Assembly: GCF_001194135.2 (NCBI RefSeq)
Contig: NC_068991.1
Location: 65,221,240 to 65,285,239, forward strand
DNA from: Octopus bimaculoides
Taxonomy: Eukaryota
Length of the DNA stretch: 64,000 nucleotides
Direction: 5' to 3'
Shown: positions 49,027 to 61,907 of the stretch, one piece after another
Numbering within the stretch: position 1 is the first letter of the stretch
Layout of the letters: every line of letters begins with the position of its first letter
The notes under the pieces: model-generated
Told to the model about the DNA's origin: nothing
Seen by the model: only the letters and a program-made list of their open reading frames with translations
Databases searched by the model: none
Translations under genes and position numbers: made by a program

Positions 49027-49653
49027 CTCATATAGTAAGTGAATGTAGCATGCTGGCACAGAAAGAATACAAGAAAAGACATGACAATCTAGGGAGAGCA
49101 ATCCACTAGGAGCTATGAAGGAAGCTAGGATTTGAACATGCTGAAAAATGGTATGATTATGAACCTAGTAAAGTACTAGAATGTAAGAGATACAAGATGT
49201 TATAGGACTTTAACAGAGTAATAGAAGCTAGAAGGCCTGATTTATTAGTAGGGGATAAAGAGAATAGAAAGTACCAGATAATTGACTTCACAGTCCCAAA
49301 TGATGAAAAAATTAATATGAGAAGTATAGAAAAAATAGCCAAGTACCAGGACCTAGCTATTGAATGACAGAGACTATGGAAAGTGGGGGTAAAATGTATC
49401 CCAGTAGTTATAGGTGCATTTGACAACTACCCCTAAAGATCTGAACAGATGGATAGAGGAAATAGGCATGAAAACCCAGTTTAGGACAGCTCCAGAAAAT
49501 AGTGTTATTAGGGACAGCTAGGATATTTAGGAGAGTTCTTGGCATCTAAGGTTACTTGCTGGAACTCAATAGGAGGGTTCTTGGCGTCTAAGGCTACTTG
49601 TTGTAGCCTAATGTTAGGATCCTTTTCTTTTCCAACAGTCTAATTTGTTGAGT
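49027..49653 (+). mobile_element. Degenerate R4/Dong-clade non-LTR retrotransposon 3' end (zinc-knuckle tail plus restriction-like endonuclease), type A
   Basis: Translates HIVSECSMLAQKEYKKRHDNLGRAIH*EL*RKLGFEHAEKWY...IEARRPDLLVGDKE...IIDFTVP...EKIAKYQDLAIE*QRLWKV...IPVVIGA, with RHD, PD..D and K..KY motifs and in-frame stops. Confidence 0.85.
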
Positions 49654-49656
49654 GTA

Positions 49657-50045
49657 TATGTTTCTAATTGATGTATCAATACCAGCAGATGACAACGTTT
49701 CCCTAAAAGAAATGGGAAAACTTTCAAAATACAAAGACCTGGAAATAGAGGTAACTCGAATGTGGAATCTAAAAACAGAAACAATTCCTATCATAGTAGG
49801 TGCCTTAGGCATAATAAAAAAAATATTCAGACAAATACATAACAAAAACACCAGGACTTACAAATATATATAACATACAGAAAATTGCACTACTGGGCAC
49901 TGCACACATCCTACGCAAAACACTTTCAATACAGTAACCATAAGAGCAACACAGCAAACCACAGCACATACCCAAGGCACACAGAGCTGCGCTCGGTAGT
50001 GAAGTGAAAGCACGTTATAAAAATAAAACTACTGAACAATGATAA
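49657..50045 (+). mobile_element. R4/Dong-clade 3' fragment, type B
   Basis: LIDVSIPADDNVSLKEMGKLSKYKDLEIEVTRMWNLKTETIPIIVGALG (RLE C-terminus), then a 3' UTR ending AAACTACTGAA and a (TAA)-type tail. Confidence 0.85.
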
Positions 50046-50052
50046 TAATAAT

Positions 50053-50292
50053 GTGCATTTGACAACTATCCCTAAAGATCTGAACAGATGGATAGAGGAA
50101 ATAGGCATGAAAACCCAGTTTAGTACAGCTCCAGGAAACAGTGTTATTAGAGACAGCTGAGATACTTAGGAGGGTTCTTGGCATCTAAAGTTACTTGTTG
50201 TAGCCCGATGTTAGGAATTTTTTTCCCAACAATCTAATCTGTTGTGTGTATATGAAAATAATAACAACAACAACAACAATAATAATAATAAT
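50053..50292 (+). mobile_element. Second short 3' end of R4/Dong type A with (CAA)n(TAA)n tail
   Basis: Roughly 85-90% similar by eye to 49413-49653 (gtgcatttgacaacta...gtgtatatg). Confidence 0.8.
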
Positions 50293-50781
50293 TTTTTAGG
50301 GGGAGGGGTTAGTCGATTACATCTACTCCAATGCTCAAGTGGTACATATTTCATCGACTCCGACATTTGGAAGTAAAGCCGAAAGAAATACCGCTAAGCA
50401 TTTTTATCCGACGATCTAACGATTCTTTATTAACCCCTAAGGGTTCACAAAGACTGGGGACGGGACAGGACGATACAGTGAGGATTACATAAAGGATCAA
50501 GTAAAAAAGAACAGTAACAATAAATTGCAGCAAAAATAAGATAACAACTGCTAAGTTTTCTTCTGCTCGTTTCCAGTCATCAATTTTTATCTGGTTAAAT
50601 ATATTCGTGAACTTGGCAAAAAGAACAAAAGCTTATCTCTTGTCTCTTGTCAGTAATAACATTAAAAGAAAATTAAATACACTGATTTGCAAATATTTAT
50701 TTGGATTCGAATTCTTTTGCTAAACTCTCTCTCTCTCTCCCCTTCTCTCTCTCTTTCTCTCTGTCTGTCTGTCTGTCTGTC

Positions 50782-50816
<35 letters not shown>

Positions 50817-53800
50817 GCGTGCGTGCTGTGTGTGTGTGTGTGTGTGTGTGAATTATATTGAAACTGATTTACAAGCGAAAATGCCGGATGAATAATAGAC
50901 TGACGACGAAACCTCACAAAATTTGATGACTGTACAATATATATCCGCAAGTCGTCTGAAGCGAATTTTCCTGATTCAATTTCTGTTTTCTTTTTCATTC
51001 TTTTAAATATATTTTTTAAACGATGAAATTTCATTTTCTTCTATTAAAGTTACTCGAATACTTGTGTGAAACCAAAACTGCATTTTATTCAATTAAAATT
51101 GCTGAGATACCATAATGGAGTTGTATTTCATAAAGGAGTGCCTTGATCTGAGGTGGTGTGTGGAAACTGAAACATTTATATCATGGAGGAGTGAAGATGG
51201 CCATTTAAAATATACACCATTATATATTCACTTATGCTTTGTACTAGCAGTATATACATGCGTATATACGCATGTTTGTGTGCGTGTGTAAATGTATGCG
51301 TGTGTGCGTATGTGCACGTGTGTAGAGAGAGCGAGGGGTAGAGAGAGTTGTAATGATGAAATAGTGATATTTTGAAATCATTTAATACGTACATTTTAGG
51401 TTTGCGTAATATATATGAAATGCATCCATTACGTAAACCTTTCTCAGTTAAAGCGCTTCAATATATGTATATGGCAGAAAAATTTTTATATTTCTAATTT
51501 TAAAATAAACAACCTTAAATTAAAAATGGCTCTGTGGTAAGAAGCTTGCTTCCCAATCATATGGCACCTTGGGTGAATGTCTTCTTCTATAGCTTTGGGC
51601 CGACCAAAGCATTGTGAATGGATTTGGTAGACGGAAACTGAAAGAAGCCCGTCATATGTGTGTGTGTGTGTGTGTGTGTGATCCACCGCTGCTTGATAAC
51701 GGGTGTCGGTTTGTTTACGTCCTCGTGACTTAGCGGCTCGGTAAAAAGAGACGAATAAAATAACTGCCTAGTTTCAAAAAAATAAGTTCTGGAGTCTATT
51801 CTTTCGACTAAAAACTCTTCAAGGCGGTACCCAACAAGTTCCTCAGTCTGATGACTGAAATAAGTAAAAGATAAGAAATAAAAGATATTTTTAAAAGTCT
51901 TTAAAAGGCAGATTAACACAGACTTGATGGAAAGAAGTTTTCGTGGTAGCGCTTTTCAGTTTTCAGCTTTTCAAACACACGTGTTATACACACGCGTGCA
52001 ATAAAGAGGCGTTTTCGTTGTAATCACTGATACAGAAAAAAACGAAAGAGTATATACGATGTCATTTAAATGACTCTTCCACGAGATAATAATATTTTCT
52101 GACATAGTGTGCCTCAAATTTGAAGAAGACCTTATTATTTGACTGGTACTAAATTTCATCTACCCTGAAGGGATGAAAGGGAAAGTTGACCTCGGTGAGA
52201 TATGAACTCAGATCTTAAAGAACCAGTAAAAACACCATGAACCTTATTTGTAAAGGAACTGCTTTTCATGAAATAAACTTTAAGATGGTCACAAGGTTAC
52301 ATTTGTGAAGGGATTCATATTCGATTATATTGAACTCGTCTCGAGATTGGTACATTATTTTATCTAACTTAGCAAGTAGGAATATAAAATCAATCCTGAA
52401 GTTATTTGAATTTAGTATACAAAGAAGCATAACGAAATACCACATGGCAGTTTATTGTTGGAATGAGACAACTGGGCGCAGCTCTTTGGGAGATTTGACA
52501 CGGTTGACTGGACATTCAAACTGTTTTGGTGAAAGTACTTTACAGCGCTGGAAGCAAACACGCGCTCGCGCAGAAATATACAAATCCTGAGAGAAAGAGT
52601 ATAAGAGGGAGAGACAGGGAGGAAGGAATTACAATTTATAAATTGAACGCGATTGGCATAAACACTTTCCCTCTTAAAGAGAAATATGCTCTCACGCATA
52701 AATAGAGGGAGAGAACGAGGGAGGAAGAGGGCAAAAGACGCAGTAAAACGAAAGAAACATAAAAACATCTGATGTCAAATAAGTCAGCGTCGAATCAGCG
52801 ACGCCAATCAGGCAACACCAAAATGGTTGCGCCAGAACTTTTCATATCCATTTATTGTTTCTGTTACTGATGATAATTTCCGATTCAGACACACTGCGAC
52901 ACATTTGGAGATATCAAGAGTCGATTATATCGATCCCAGTACATATATTTAACGATATCAGAAAGATGAAAGGCGATATTAATTATAAAGTTTTTTTTTT
53001 TAAAGAATGGAAATAGAAACAGTAAAACATTTTGTACGGCTTTTAACAAGGGCTCAATGTCATAACGATCTTTGGGGGATGGTCACCGTCAAGAAAATGT
53101 GACCCAGCACTCAAGTACTGCTATTTTATTAATTCTTAACGGATGAAAAACAAAATTAACCTTGGAGAGAAAAGAAAGGGAGGTAACAAAATACCAAGTA
53201 GCTTCTTGTCTATCAATAATGGCTTCAGATTTTGGCACAACATCAATTTTAGATCGAGGGAGTTAAGTCAATTACAAGGATCCCCCACTCTTTAGTGTTC
53301 AAGTGGATCTTATTTTATCGACGTCGAAAAGATGAAAAGCAAAGCTGAGCTCGTCGGAATTTGAACTCAAAAGGTAGAGAGCCGGAAGATATGTCACAAA
53401 GAGTTATGCCCAATACACTAAAAATTCTACCAGCTATAATAATTACCCTTTCTCATTTTGGCACAAAATAGTTATCTTTTCTAATATAATAATTAGAATA
53501 ATTGTCCTTTCTAATTTTGGCACAAGGTCAGCAATTTTGAAAGGCGGGAGGGAGCAAGATGATAGCGTCGACCTGAGTGCTCGACAGGTACATTTTTTTT
53601 TATCGACCCGAAAGGATTAAAAGCATAGCTGACTTCGACAGAATTTGAACACAGGAAGTAAAGAGCTGCTAGAAATGTCACCGAATATTTCTTCCGATGA
53701 TCTAACGATTCTACAACTTTGGCCTTCATGTTGATGCTCCAAATAATAATTACAATTTCTGACTTATACTTGAGACCACAAATTTGGGACGGGGAGAAGT

Positions 53801-54346
53801 GCTAATCTATTAAACCGACTCCAATGCATGAGTGGCACAACTTTTATCGACTCAACAAAAAATATAAAGACGACCTCCACAAGATTTGAGATCAGAACGT
53901 AAAGAGAGAAATTTTGTTCGGCACTCTATCAATTCCGTCAGTTTTTATATTACAATAACAATAACGCAAGGTTTTTAAAAAAAAGCATCGAAAGATCGAC
54001 TAAATTATTGTTATTTTATGGACACAAACATGAGAAAATGGGTTTTAGGATTCTTTGGAAATGTCGATGTTCCCATCAAATTCTGACTGACGTGAGATAT
54101 ATCTTCGACAAAACTGACGTCAATGATGTTAAAAATATTTGGGCATNNNNNNNNNNNNNNNNNNNNNNNNNNNNNNNNNNNNNNNNNNNNNNNNNNNNNN
54201 NNNNNNNNNNNNNNNNNNNNNNNNNNNNNNNNNNNNNNNNNNNNNNNNNNNNNNNNNNNNNNNNNNNNNNNNNNNNNNNNNNNNNNNNNNNNNNNNNNNN
54301 NNNNNATATATATATATATATATATATATAATAGATATATGTACAT

Positions 54347-54647
54347 GCATATATGGGTACAGGACGTCACTGACAGCGCAAATAACGAGAAATATGTATA
54401 CAAAAAGAGGGGAAAACGAATGAAATACGTAAACAACAAGAAAAACATAGAAAACAAGTTAACACAGAGAAAGGACCCTTCATCAGTTGTTGGTTGTCTA
54501 TCTACTCCTCGGTCCTTTCTCTGTGTTAACTTGTCCTGTTTTCTATTTTTTTCATCGTTGTTTACGTTTTTCACTCGTTTTTCCCCTCATTTGTTTACGT
54601 ATTTCATGTTATTTGCACCGTTGGTGATGTCCTGTATGCATATATGC
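54347..54647. repeat. ~300-bp imperfect foldback element embedded in (TA)n
   Basis: Arms gcatatatg...aagttaacacagagaaaggacc / ggtcctttctctgtgttaactt...gcatatatgc. The loop motif ttcatcagttgttgg(c/t)tg also occurs inverted at ~44635. Confidence 0.8.
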
Positions 54648-54779
54648 CTATATATATATATAATACTATATACATATATATACATATATATGTTATATAT
54701 TATTTACTACATATATGTATATGTATATATATATATAAAGTGTAGTATATTGCCACTTAAGTGTGGCTGACCCCTAGAG

Positions 54780-54887
54780 GTGGATGTTAGTGTTGCTTTT
54801 AGCCCCAGGAGGACATCTCCTCCAGCTGGCTTATCGACACACTACTGGAGATGTCCTCCTGGGGCTAAAAGCAACAGTAACATCCAC
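54780..54887. repeat. Hairpin with 41-bp arms (40/41) and 26-nt loop, abutting an N-gap
   Basis: GTGGATGTTAGTGTTGCTTTTAGCCCCAGGAGGACATCTCC versus GGAGATGTCCTCCTGGGGCTAAAAGCAACAGTAACATCCAC. Confidence 0.9.
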
Positions 54888-55605
54888 NNNNNNNNNNNNN
54901 NNNNNNNNNNNNNNNNNNNNNNNNNNNNNNNNNNNNNNNNNNNNNNNNNNNNNNNNNNNNNNNNNNNNNNNNNNNNNNNNNNNNNNNNNNNNNNNNNNNN
55001 NNNNNNNNNNNNNNNNNNNNNNNNNNNNNNNNNNNNNNNNNNNNNNNNNNNNNNNNNNNNNNNNNNNNNNNNNNNNNNNNNNNNNNNNNNNNNNNNNNNN
55101 NNNNNNNNNNNNNNNNNNNNNNNNNNNNNNNNNNNNNNNNNNNNNNNNNNNNNNNNNNNNNNNNNNNNNNNNNNNNNNNNNNNNNNNNNNNNNNNNNNNN
55201 NNNNNNNNNNNNNNNNNNNNNNNNNNNNNNNNNNNNNNNNNNNNNNNNNNNNNNNNNNNNNNNNNNNNNNNNNNNNNNNNNNNNNNNNNNNNNNNNNNNN
55301 NNNNNNNNNNNNNNNNNNNNNNNNNNNNNNNNNNNNNNNNNNNNNNNNNNNNNNNNNNNNNNNNNNNNNNNNNNNNNNNNNNNNNNNNNNNNNNNNNNNN
55401 NNNNNNNNNNNNNNNNNNNNNNNNNNNNNNNNNNNNNNNNNNNNNNNNNNNNNNNNNNNNNNNNNNNNNNNNNNNNNNNNNNNNNNNNNNNNNNNNNNNN
55501 NNNNNNNNNNNNNNNNNNNNNNNNNNNNNNNNNNNNNNNNNNNNNNNNNNNNNNNNNNNNNNNNNNNNNNNNNNNNNNNNNNNNNNNNNNNNNNNNNNNN
55601 NNNNN

Positions 55606-55910
55606 TAGGGTTACGGTTAAAGCAAATTTAAAATGAAAAAAGCAAATAAAACGAAGGTATGGAGATTAAATACGCTTTACATCGCTTAATCAGCCAAAGG
55701 AGTAAATGTAAACAACTGAATACTTGTCAGTGATTGGTTGAAATTATCGAAATAAGACAATTTTTTACATGAAATAAATTCAAATACAAAAATATTTTTC
55801 TGTTCTATAACACAAAATAGATAAGTATACGAAGTTTGAAAGTCTTTCCGTACCAAAAACACTACGTAAAACTTTAATGAAAAATGTGGCCCCCGTTTTA
55901 AAATAGATCC
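55606..55910. mobile_element. Second, partial copy of the telomeric-palindrome element (opposite orientation)
   Basis: Reverse complement of the 19724-19985 half. Starts with TAGGGTTACGGTTAA at the gap edge and ends ...GGCCCCCGTTTTAAAATAGATCC, with ~60 bp of extra internal sequence. The other half is presumably in the N-gap. Confidence 0.85.
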
Positions 55911-56751
55911 AAAGATTGTCTTAACTGGTATGTCACACGTACTGAGAAGAGCATTGTCGCTATTAATTTTCTTTTCTTTTTCCCCCTTTATTTTATTTAT
56001 TTACTTTTCTATTTTTTTATTTTTTTCCTTTTTCTCTCTGTCTTCCCCTTTTTCTCTTTCACATGACTGTAAATAAACAATCTGGTGTGCTTGTTTTAAT
56101 AGGCTACAAATGTATACAGTACATTTCTCTGCCCTAGGTGTCAGGAAAACACTCGGCAAGAAATGGAAACAGAATTGAAAAAAGATGCTAATGAAAATGA
56201 TAATAATTATATATATCAAAAATAGATAATGTGGGTTTTTTTACAGCACAAGGAATTTTTTGACGATCTTTGGTTTTAGGTACATCTATTTGGTGGACTC
56301 AAAGTGGAAAAGAAACAATGAGGGGGAAAGTGCAAAAGTTCCAATATGTAAAATACTTATATATTCGTTTCTCTTACTCAGAATACCCAAATCTATTTTT
56401 GTATTTTCCCGGGTTGTTTCTTTTTCACTGGATATATGTACTTAACATCAAAGGTCGCCGATTCATCATCATCATCATCGTCGCCGTTGTCGTCATCGTC
56501 ATCATTATTAATATTTAATAGTTTTTGCAGTGAAGACTATTACCAATTCACTCAACTCCTTTTTTTTCTTGTACATTCTCTCGAACATCGTTATTAGCTA
56601 TTTACATTTCTCATTCCGTTTCGATACCAATCTAATTTCGGTCTCATCTGAAAACAATCGACCGCGGTTCCATTTCTCAAATCTTGTTGTTTTTTATATG
56701 ACTATGTACACAAGGGATTCATGTTCCTTGGGAAGTAATATAAAGTTAGCT

Positions 56752-57157
56752 TGCAGTTTACAGTCGTAAAAAAGGTGAAAGTAAATTGTCTAAAAATAAT
56801 GAAAGTAAATTGCGGTAGAAACCGCGGAAGTGACGACAGTAACATCCCATAATTTCATGTAAACAATGTATATGACATAACCAATGTATAGAACGTACAT
56901 TCACTTGATATAACATGAGATGAAAACAATCACACTTCTCAGTAGTGTCCGTTACTGGATATCCTACTTGGACCGGTACACCTCAGCTGCAACTTCTGAA
57001 ATACTTAATGTATCTCTAGAAGGTACTATGTATGCTTGTGGACATGGCATAATAAGGGAGTTCTTTATGTTCTTTGTATGAAATTTAAGGATATCATTGT
57101 CATCATTTTAAGGTTCTATCGCAATTTACTTTCACTTTTTTACAACCGTAAACTGCA
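56752..57157. mobile_element. MITE with ~36-bp TIRs (TGCAGTTTAC..AAAAAAGTGAAAGTAAATTG)
   Basis: Inverted termini visible; shares its left ~150 bp with 63158-63529. TSD not resolved. Confidence 0.65.
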
Positions 57158-58560
57158 TATTCACCTAGTCAAATATTTATTTACCTCTAACTGACATTTC
57201 TCAATTATTATTATTATTATTTTCTTTACTGAAGTATTTCTTTCTGGCCTTAGTGTGATGGGCCGCAATATTTTGCTTAATAAGATTTTACTATGGTTGC
57301 ATGGGGTGAAGGTATGCCTATATGGTTAAGAAACTCGCTTTGCAACCACGTGGTTTTGGCTTCAGTCCCACTGTGCAGCACCTTGGGTAAGTGTCTTCTA
57401 CTATAGCTCCGGGCCAACCAATGCTTTGTGAGTGAATTTGGTAGACGGAAACTATGTGGAAGGACGAAGAATAAGTACGAAGAATAAGTACCAAACTTTA
57501 GAATAATCCTGAGGTCGATTTATTCGACTAAAACAGTTATAGACGAACTGTAGTTCGCAGGACTTAGTGAATGACGCCTAATTTCACGAAGAAAGTAACG
57601 TTTATTAAAATTTGTTTAATAGTGCTGTCCGCCTAATGACCCACGTCTCATTCGGCCTATTTCTCGAAAAAGGTTTTCCATGCCTGGACTAAAACCTCCT
57701 CCAAGGCGGTACCCCAGTATGGTCGCAATCCAATGACTGAATGAAGTTAAGAAGATAATAGACAAAGACTGTTTCAAAAGGTTAGAGGGTTCATTTCCTC
57801 TTTTTTCTAGATTATTATGCAATTGCCGAGTATTATTCAGGTATACATCAATTAAACAGGTAATGAGACAAGAATACTATTTCCTCCCTCAAATAACAAT
57901 TCCATGTTTTGATATGTTCTGTTCTATTCGGTCAATTCCACACTTCATTATCAATTATGATGACAGCTAGCTGCTGCATAAAAATACGATATTTAGTTAC
58001 TGATGAATAACAGTAAACTTGACAAGGTGAACTTCCTCTCTAAACACAGAATCGCTACATTACTGTCGTTCCAGCTACACGCAAATATTCCATTCTTAGT
58101 AATCGTTTTAAGTCAAATTAGCATCTTAGCTCCACCCCAACATGCTTTTTTTTATTTTGTATCTTTACTTTTTATCTTTTACTTGTCTTAGTCATTGGAC
58201 TGCGGCCATGCTGGGGCACTGCCTTGAAGTGTCTGGTCGAAGAAATCGAACACGTACTTAGATTTTAAAGCCTGATACACCTATTCTATCGGCCTCTTTT
58301 CACAAACCAAGTTACGAAGACGTAGACAAATTAACACTGGTTGTCAAGAGGTGGCAGGGAACAAACATAGCACAAAGAACAGACTCCCCCACCCCCACAA
58401 ATTAGTGTGTGTGTGTACGATGGTCTTCTTTCAGTTTCCGTCTATCAAATCCACTCACAAGGCTACAGTAGAAAATACTTGCCCAACGTGATATAGCCGT
58501 TGTTAAAACTACATAAGGTTGGCAACAAACTGTTATTAGTTAGGTTATTATTTATTGATG

Positions 58561-59625
58561 TGTAGTGAAACTACTATCGCCATTATATTCAAACAGACCA
58601 TCTTCTCTCACTATAAATATGACAGACGCGAGCGTAGTAGAAAACATCTCTTTCCTTGTCATCACGTGACTAATTATTATTTGAAGCGGCAACTGCTTCG
58701 TACCGTTCCCGCCAGAACGCAAACTGACCAATCACAGCCCTTAATAAGGTCACGTGATGGTGTTTTTCTAATGCCTCTCTGGAGCCCCTATATTGCTTCA
58801 AATAGACTAAATTATACCCGGAAAATTCGTCGCGGTTCAGTTCTCTTAGAGACCTGTTCCGTCCGTGTACCACACAGAGCAGCAGCAGCAGCCAGCGACA
58901 ACAGTCACAGCTTCGTACAACTACGACTACCAGCAGCAACACGACTCTACGACTACTACCAGCATCGCCGCCGCCAGTCAACACGACACTACGACTACCA
59001 GCATCGCCAACATCGTCAACATGACTTCTACGTACACCAGCTAACCAAAACTACCGCAGAACTTCTAACTCTGTTTGTGCGATTCACCTTCGCCACGATA
59101 GACAACAGACAAGAACCCAGCCTGCGAAGAATATCTGTATACAGGAACCCGGCTCGGCATGGAAGCCCTAACATCACGATGAGTGATCGTCCTGCCCCAC
59201 ACGCCTCAACTTCTTACATACAGACTCTTACTATTGTGTACTCTAAGAACTGGCAAATTCTTATATGTGTTACTGACTCTTTTTTTCTATCTGCTGTATC
59301 TCACGCATACACACGCATGTATCACTTACACACTCTTTTCTTTACACGACGGCCTGTCTTTTATTATGTTTTCATTATGTCGCATACACTCACACACAGA
59401 CATACATTTTAATGCTACAATAAATATTACGGTTATTCATCTTTATCGGTTGTGTTCTATCGTCTTCCTTTACTGGCATTTACGAATTCACTATGTTATC
59501 GAAGTATAACATATTTATATCATTTGATATATTTTGTGTTCGACCGTGTGACGCGTTTAAGAAAGGAGCCCTGTTTTTCCATTCGTCACCATTTCTCCTT
59601 TTGGGTTCGCACGGTCGTTCTTACA
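58561..59625 (+). mobile_element. Solo LTR (~1065 bp), probably Gypsy-type
   Basis: TGTA...TACA termini with 4-bp TSD GATG (58557-58560 / 59626-59629). Internal TCACGTGA x2 (58662, 58750), CCAAT (58728), TATA-like motif (~58789), CAG/GAC-rich R-like region and AATAAA (59419). Confidence 0.8.
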
Positions 59626-61907
59626 GATGCATAAACATTGCTAAACAGCAAGAGAAGGTCTAACCCCAGAGCGAATATTGAGTCACAAAGCATTATGGGA
59701 ATTTCCTTGCTGCACTGTTAAATACTAACTCCGCAGAGAATGAACACAGCTCAACAAATATGCAGTCGCAATTTGTCCTTTACAATTTTACACGTAATCA
59801 TCGACACTCTGCTGTAGGACTGAATCCAAGCCCATATCGTTGGAAAACAAGCTTCTCAGCCACACAGTTACGTCTGTGCCTATTTTATTTACCCATCGTC
59901 ACATTTTACCCATATGGTTACTTTTCAAGTTTGTGTTTTCCTTTCTTTTTTCCGTTCGAATAGTTGTTACTTTGATTTATATTACCTTCAACGCTATTCA
60001 TAGAAAAAGAGAAATGACATAATTTTGAAAGTACCTTAAAAGGATTTCAGCAAATTTTGTCACAATCTTCTCAATATTGAAGGAATGTCTTTCTTTTTCC
60101 TATCGCAATGTTTCTCTTTGTTCATTCACACAAACAAAATTTCAGCTTACAAAGATACGTTCGTATGTCGTATTGTTTTGTATGAATAGGCAGAAAGAAA
60201 CATACGTTCACTAGCGTAGCCAGGATCGGGCAGGTGATCCTCCTCGGACGACGCTTATATATAGCAACACTTATGAGTCGGCTGTATAAGGTGGAGGCCG
60301 TGAAGCCAAGTGGCCTAGTAATTAGGGTGTTGCATCTACGACAATGCGATCATGGTTTCGATTCCCCTGGTTGGGCGTTGCGTTGTGTTCTTGAGCAAAA
60401 CACCTTATTTAACGTTGCTCCAGTTCACTCAACTGTGATCAAGTAACCCTGCGACTGACTGGCAGTCAGTCGCACAACATAAGGGTGTGGTTGTGTTCTC
60501 GGGTACTTTGGTACACAGTTGGAATCTCTTTGACTATAGTTCTGATCAATCAAGGCTGACCGCGGATAAAATAATTACAGCTAAAACCTCTATTCGAACC
60601 TGCAGAGAAGCCTCTACACGATCACTCAACCTACAAGAAATAACAAACAAATATTCCTCAAATACCAACTTATCGCCCCCACCCCCACCCACAAAAAAGA
60701 CATATTTGATAATATAACATTAGATACACCTTGTTTGGAAAACAAATGGCTGGTCAGGGTTAAAATACATTTTCATCAGCATATGACGGTGACTGTCATC
60801 GTAAAAGAAGTAAACTTTTCTGACACTGCCAACTCCTTCCTTATCGTCCTCAATTCCAAAATGTCAAATGTGATGGAGATTGTTGCAAACAACTTCCTTT
60901 ATCATCCTGAGTTTCTTTTCCTTCTCCATGACCAAAAATTTCAGGTTCTTTCTCCATGACCAACACTACAGATTGTATGGATCCACATTTTTCAGAGATT
61001 TGCTCCGCTACTGTGGTGTACGCGTGCGAGTAGAAGTAATCGGCTTACCTCGGTTTTCCTTCCTTTGCACGAGTCTGTCCTGCAGTATCCGATCCTCGCG
61101 GCTCGCCCGACCCGAAGAACACTAGAAATAGCAGCTGCTTCTCCCAACACCTAGAAGATCGCTTGGCACGTCCTCTCCTCACGACAACCCCGTTCGAAAA
61201 GGGCACGAAATCCCGATCTAGGCTCCCTCGGCCCTTCTTCCTCTTCCGGTCAGTTCATGGTTCCGGTCAGAGGTCAGCTCCTCAGTTGCTGACGTCATAC
61301 CACAGCTACATCATACACCAATGATTTATCACTCTTGAGAACTTTGGTGAAAGCAATCCTCTTAAAATGTCCCACCTCTCGTTTCAATCTGTCTCCCAAA
61401 CTTTGGATCAAGAGTTTCTCTTGAATTGCTCCTCTACAGTGTCCAGTATCAGAGCTCGCTCCGACCCACAGTCCATCGCCTAAGTTTCGGTCTGTCGCAC
61501 TCTTCCTTCTTTACACCTTATGACTTTCTCCGTGTTACCTCTTACTATAAATGCTCTTATACGGATGATATTAGTGTTCAGTCCTTGATCTTTCCCATGC
61601 GGGCGTCCTCCACATGAAAATTAGACCACCCACGCTAGATCTGATCTGCTTACGTTTCAATGTGGTGATTAGGACCATATCGTGACTTTGTAATTATATC
61701 TTTTTTCTATTTTTTTAAAATTTTTTAAGAAAAGTAAGACTGACAGTTGTTGGTGACATGCAATGACATTTTCATTATATAAATATCAGAAAAAGTAACA
61801 CCTGAATCACCGTTACCATCATCAGAAGCAGCGCCACCAGTGTCATCGCTATCATCAACATCATCATTTGATAACAATCTATTAACATTATATGTATGTA
61901 TGTACGT

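Noticed and set aside
52400-52850. Promoter-like patch (CGCGCTCGCGC, CCAAT, AAAATGG)
   Set aside because: Motifs are short and expected by chance in CpG-retaining DNA; no linked exon could be established.
9935-55631. Long ORFs full of X (e.g. 12234-13322, 16219-17429, 34234-34984, 42250-42834, 54780-55631)
   Set aside because: They are open only because N-gaps contain no stop codons.
58555-59412. 285-aa plus-strand ORF
   Set aside because: Lies within the solo LTR, is driven by CAG/GAC low-complexity repeats and has no recognisable domain.
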